Positions 13,610 through 16,001 of a DNA stretch of 16,001 bases are shown here, in pieces. The notes under the pieces were generated by a model. That model did not search any database and had not been told where the DNA came from. It saw nothing but the letters and a program-made list of their open reading frames with translations. The DNA is from a virus. Every line of letters begins with the position of its first letter. Within the stretch, counting starts at the first letter, position 1. The translations under genes and the position numbers were made by a program. Where the stretch lies: the IMG/VR virus record IMGVR_UViG_3300042888_000905. The stretch is one strand, 5' to 3'.

Positions 13610-15116
13610 AACCCGTGAAATGGAATTTCGCGTCACCGACAAAGACAAGCGTGAGGTTGCTGGCATCGCCGTACCTTACGACACGTTGGAGAACGGTGAA
13701 ATGTTTGCGCGCGACTCGGTCACTCTGGACCCTGAAGCGAAACTGATGTGGCAGCACGATCAGAAGGAACCAATCGGCAAAATCACCGAAGGCCGTCACA
13801 CGCCAGAGGGTTTTGAGATTCGCGCAACCATTAGCGAAACGTCACGCGGACTCGATGCCATCACCCTTTTGGAGGATGGTGTCATCAATAAGTTCTCGGT
13901 TGGTTTCGTTATGCGCGATTCCAAGGTCAACGACGACCGCACTCGAATTGTCACCGACGCATTCGTGCGTGAGGTGTCGCTAGTTTCGTTCCCGTGGTAT
14001 TCAGACGCATCCGTGACTGAAGTTCGCGAGAATGACACCGACCCGGAAGTTCCGGACTCGGCAAATCCCAAGGAGGATACTGTGGAGGAAATCATCCCCA
14101 CCGATTCCGACCTCGCCGAGGTTCGCGAATCAATCCAGATGCTTGAGCGAGAAATTGCTGGCATCACCAAGGTCGAGGCAGCCGCCCCGACTTACCGCAC
14201 CGCTGGTCAGTTCTTGAAGGCCATCGTTGACGGTGACGACAACGCAGTCAAGATTTTTGACCGCGTTTATTCGGGTGCGACTACCGCAGATTCGGTTGTT
14301 ACCCCCATCGACTTCGACCTGATTCGCCTCGTTGAGGGTGCAAACCCTCTCGGTGCAGTTTTCGGTCGTGGTGTTACTCCAGCAACCGGAATGGCAATCA
14401 CGTTCGCACAGGTTGACGCAATCACCGACGGAACTGCCGAGCAGGACCCCGAAGGCGAGGACTTGGGCTACTACCAGCTGAACCTCGAAACCAAGTCGGT
14501 TGACATCAAAACCATTGGATCGCGATCCGAACTCACGCGTCAGGCCATCGAACGCAGCACCGTACCGTATCTCGACTCGGTTCTCCGTGGACAGGCAATC
14601 GCCCTCGGAAACAAGTTGGCTGCAGAACTGCGCAACAAGTACACCGCGACGGTCTCCAACCAGGCTGGCGCAGGTCGCATTGTTACTCGTTCGGCTGAAA
14701 CCTACGACGGATGGGCCGGCGCACTTGCCGACGCAGCCGCAACGTACTTCCAGCCACAGGGTGCATCCATCGACGCTCTCGTCGTTGGGAAGGCCACGTT
14801 CAAGAACCTCTTGGCTCTTGACGGAACCCCGGTCATCTCGTTCTCGCAAGAAAACGCTGGTGCATTCGGTTCGGCTAACCCCGGCGGTCTCCGCGGAACC
14901 ATCGCAGGCATCCCCATCATCGTTGACGCGCAGCTCGCCGCCAACGGAACCGAGGATGCATTTGTTTCGTCGCTGGCTCTCCGTCAGTTCACTTCAGCCG
15001 CAATGCGCATGTCGCAGGACAACGCCGCCAACCTCAGCACGACGTTCGCTTTGGCGACCTACACGGCTGTAGCGGATGAGTACCCCACGCTGATCATCCC
15101 CACGGTCGCTGACTAA
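13596..15116 (+). CDS. Prohead protease - major capsid protein fusion (506 aa from GTG 13596)
   Basis: The N-terminal ~150 aa are HK97-type prohead protease-like (..GIAVPYD..WQHD..PIGKI..FSVGF..EVSLVSFP..). Next comes an acidic/coiled linker (..DSDLAEVRESIQMLEREIAGI..). The last ~300 aa are HK97-fold capsid-like. GGAGGAG lies 6 nt upstream of GTG 13596, which is in frame with the track start 13581. There is no separate capsid or protease ORF. Confidence 0.8.
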   Translation: MQSIETREMEFRVTDKDKREVAGIAVPYDTLENGEMFARDSVTLDPEAKLMWQHDQKEPIGKITEGRHTPEGFEIRATISETSRGLDAITLLEDGVINKFSVGFVMRDSKVNDDRTRIVTDAFVREVSLVSFPWYSDASVTEVRENDTDPEVPDSANPKEDTVEEIIPTDSDLAEVRESIQMLEREIAGITKVEAAAPTYRTAGQFLKAIVDGDDNAVKIFDRVYSGATTADSVVTPIDFDLIRLVEGANPLGAVFGRGVTPATGMAITFAQVDAITDGTAEQDPEGEDLGYYQLNLETKSVDIKTIGSRSELTRQAIERSTVPYLDSVLRGQAIALGNKLAAELRNKYTATVSNQAGAGRIVTRSAETYDGWAGALADAAATYFQPQGASIDALVVGKATFKNLLALDGTPVISFSQENAGAFGSANPGGLRGTIAGIPIIVDAQLAANGTEDAFVSSLALRQFTSAAMRMSQDNAANLSTTFALATYTAVADEYPTLIIPTVAD

Positions 15117-15121
15117 TAACC

Positions 15122-15427
15122 ATGACCGCCGCACAGTTGCAGTCTTACGTCGGGGCACCTGACTCCGACGAGACGTTCGTCGAAGCATGTTGGGATGAGG
15201 CAGTCGTTCTCGTCACCAAGTTTGTGGGTACTGCAACTGTGCCGGCCACGGTTTTACTCCGGGCAAAGATTGAATGTGGATCGGAACTATTCCACCGCCG
15301 TTCCGCCCCGAATGGTATCGCACAGTTTGCGACACTTGACGGCGGTTCGGCGGTGCGAGTAGCGCGTGACCCGATGATTGCGGCCTACCCGATTCTGACC
15401 CCTTGGGTTGGTCAAGGTATCGCATGA
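15122..15427 (+). CDS. Head-tail adaptor/connector protein (101 aa)
   Basis: First gene after the capsid gene. Size and N-terminal pattern (..LQSYVGAP.SDETFVEACWDEAVVLV..) are typical of gp6/gp15-type adaptors. Confidence 0.55.
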   Translation: MTAAQLQSYVGAPDSDETFVEACWDEAVVLVTKFVGTATVPATVLLRAKIECGSELFHRRSAPNGIAQFATLDGGSAVRVARDPMIAAYPILTPWVGQGIA

Positions 15428-15789
15428 TTGGTGCAGCGCGGACCGCGTTAGCCAGCATTCTCACAGATGCTGGTTTGCGTGTGTTTGCGTTCACCCCAGA
15501 ACGTGCCACACCACCAATGGGCATTCTTGTCCCATCAGGTGACTGGGTTGTTTCTGGCGACACGTTCGGTTCATTCCGAGTCGGCTTCGATGTCACACTC
15601 ATTGTCGCTAACGCGGCCAACGAAACCATGATCACCGCACTTGACGACCTGACTGATTCAACACTTGAAGCAATCAGCGACGCAACCGGGTTCTATGCTT
15701 CGTCGGTTGGCGCACCGTCAATGATTGACATCAGCGGTGCCGATTACTTGTCCACCACAATCACCGTTTACCAAAACACTCAACTCTAA
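15424..15789 (+). CDS. Tail terminator/completion-like protein (121 aa)
   Basis: ATGA overlap with the adaptor gene. The pattern ..ALASILTDAGLRVFAFTPERATPPMGILVP.. resembles DUF3168/gpU-like neck proteins. Immediately precedes the tube gene. Confidence 0.45.
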   Translation: MIGAARTALASILTDAGLRVFAFTPERATPPMGILVPSGDWVVSGDTFGSFRVGFDVTLIVANAANETMITALDDLTDSTLEAISDATGFYASSVGAPSMIDISGADYLSTTITVYQNTQL

Positions 15790-15799
15790 GGAGAACACG

Positions 15800-16001
15800 A
15801 TGGCAACATCGACTCGTATCAAAGCAAACGCTCTCTTGCTTTCCATTGACGGCACGGACTACTGGGCGGATTTTTCGTCGGTTGTCATGCAGTCGGAGGA
15901 TGCTTCAGCAGACGTAACCACGTTCTACGACGCATCGCTCGGTGGCCGTCGCGACTTCTACTTCACCGTGTCCGGTGTTCAGTCCGTTGAAGCAGCGTCG
16001 T
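15800..16001 (+). CDS. Major tail (tube) protein, 5' part (continues as 1-354 after the circular junction)
   Basis: AAGGAG lies 7 nt upstream of ATG 15800. The frame is continuous through the 127-bp overlap. Confidence 0.6.
   Translation, partial: MATSTRIKANALLLSIDGTDYWADFSSVVMQSEDASADVTTFYDASLGGRRDFYFTVSGVQSVEAAS
15875..16001. repeat. Terminal overlap, copy B (identical to 1-127)
   Basis: Same comparison as copy A; offset 15,874 bp. Confidence 0.95.

Noticed and set aside
68-15072. Plus-strand alternate-frame ORFs (e.g. 68..334, 1487..1816, 2108..2362, 3544..3753, 3811..4077, 6000..6224, 9086..9355, 9394..9891, 10260..10472, 14500..15072)
   Set aside because: They are embedded in other frames of longer genes that have clear family motifs. 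Their translations are Arg/Ser/Pro/Thr-biased, with no RBS.
4680-15423. Longest-ORF starts given by the track (4680, 6236, 7192, 7821, 8569, 8705, 13581, 15403)
   Set aside because: Each would overlap the upstream gene extensively or start inside a hairpin. Internal ATG/GTG starts (4752, 6284, 7285, 7905, 8617, 8861, 13596, 15424) have RBSs or ATGA/TAATG coupling to the preceding stop.
31-15635. Numerous minus-strand ORFs in the track (e.g. 10547..11182, 14130..14849, 6421..6954, 7616..8104, 1417..1923, 15213..15635)
   Set aside because: All lie antisense to well-supported + strand genes with recognisable motifs. They lack RBSs and have low-complexity, Arg/Cys/Ser-rich translations typical of shadow ORFs in mid/high-GC coding DNA.
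1-16001. CRISPR array, diversity-generating retroelement, transposon/IS, integrase-att module, toxin-antitoxin pair
   Set aside because: I see no spaced direct-repeat array and no reverse transcriptase or template/variable repeat pair near the tail-tip gene. There are no transposase or recombinase motifs and no terminal inverted repeats. The only repeats found are the iterons, small hairpins and the window overlap.

Overview
The window is one complete, circularly closed genome of about 15.87 kb from a small siphovirus-like tailed phage. Bases 1-127 are identical to 15875-16001, so the unit length is 15,874 bp. GC is roughly 50-55% by eye. All credible genes are on the + strand and tightly packed, with many ATGA/TAATG start-stop overlaps.

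Gene order on the circle:
- Packaging and head: HNH endonuclease (10187), a 145-bp cos-like spacer, TerS, TerL, a 79-nt structured RNA, portal, and a prohead-protease/major-capsid fusion.
- Neck and tail: adaptor, terminator-like protein, major tail protein (crosses the window junction), an HK97 gp10-family protein, tail chaperone G/GT with a textbook A_AAA_AAA -1 frameshift, a short 375-aa tape measure, and a single 622-aa tail-tip protein.
- Lysis: holin-like protein, XhlA-like protein and an M23 endolysin, followed by a strong intrinsic terminator (5264-5300).
- Early module: micro membrane protein, YqaJ-type exonuclease, Rad52/Sak-like annealase, RusA, an HTH initiator carrying an internal iteron/AT-rich origin, an SSB-like protein, small proteins and a metallophosphoesterase.

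I recognise no integrase, repressor, DNA polymerase, primase or helicase.

The most unusual element is at 12344-12422. It looks like the tRNA-like domain of a tmRNA: acceptor stem with G3:U70 and A73, tmRNA-type 5' motif, GGAC plus T-arm. The whole mRNA-like/pseudoknot portion is replaced by a GAAA-capped hairpin, giving a tag-less mini-tmRNA between terminase and portal.

Functional calls rest on motifs read from the translations and on synteny. No database searches were run.
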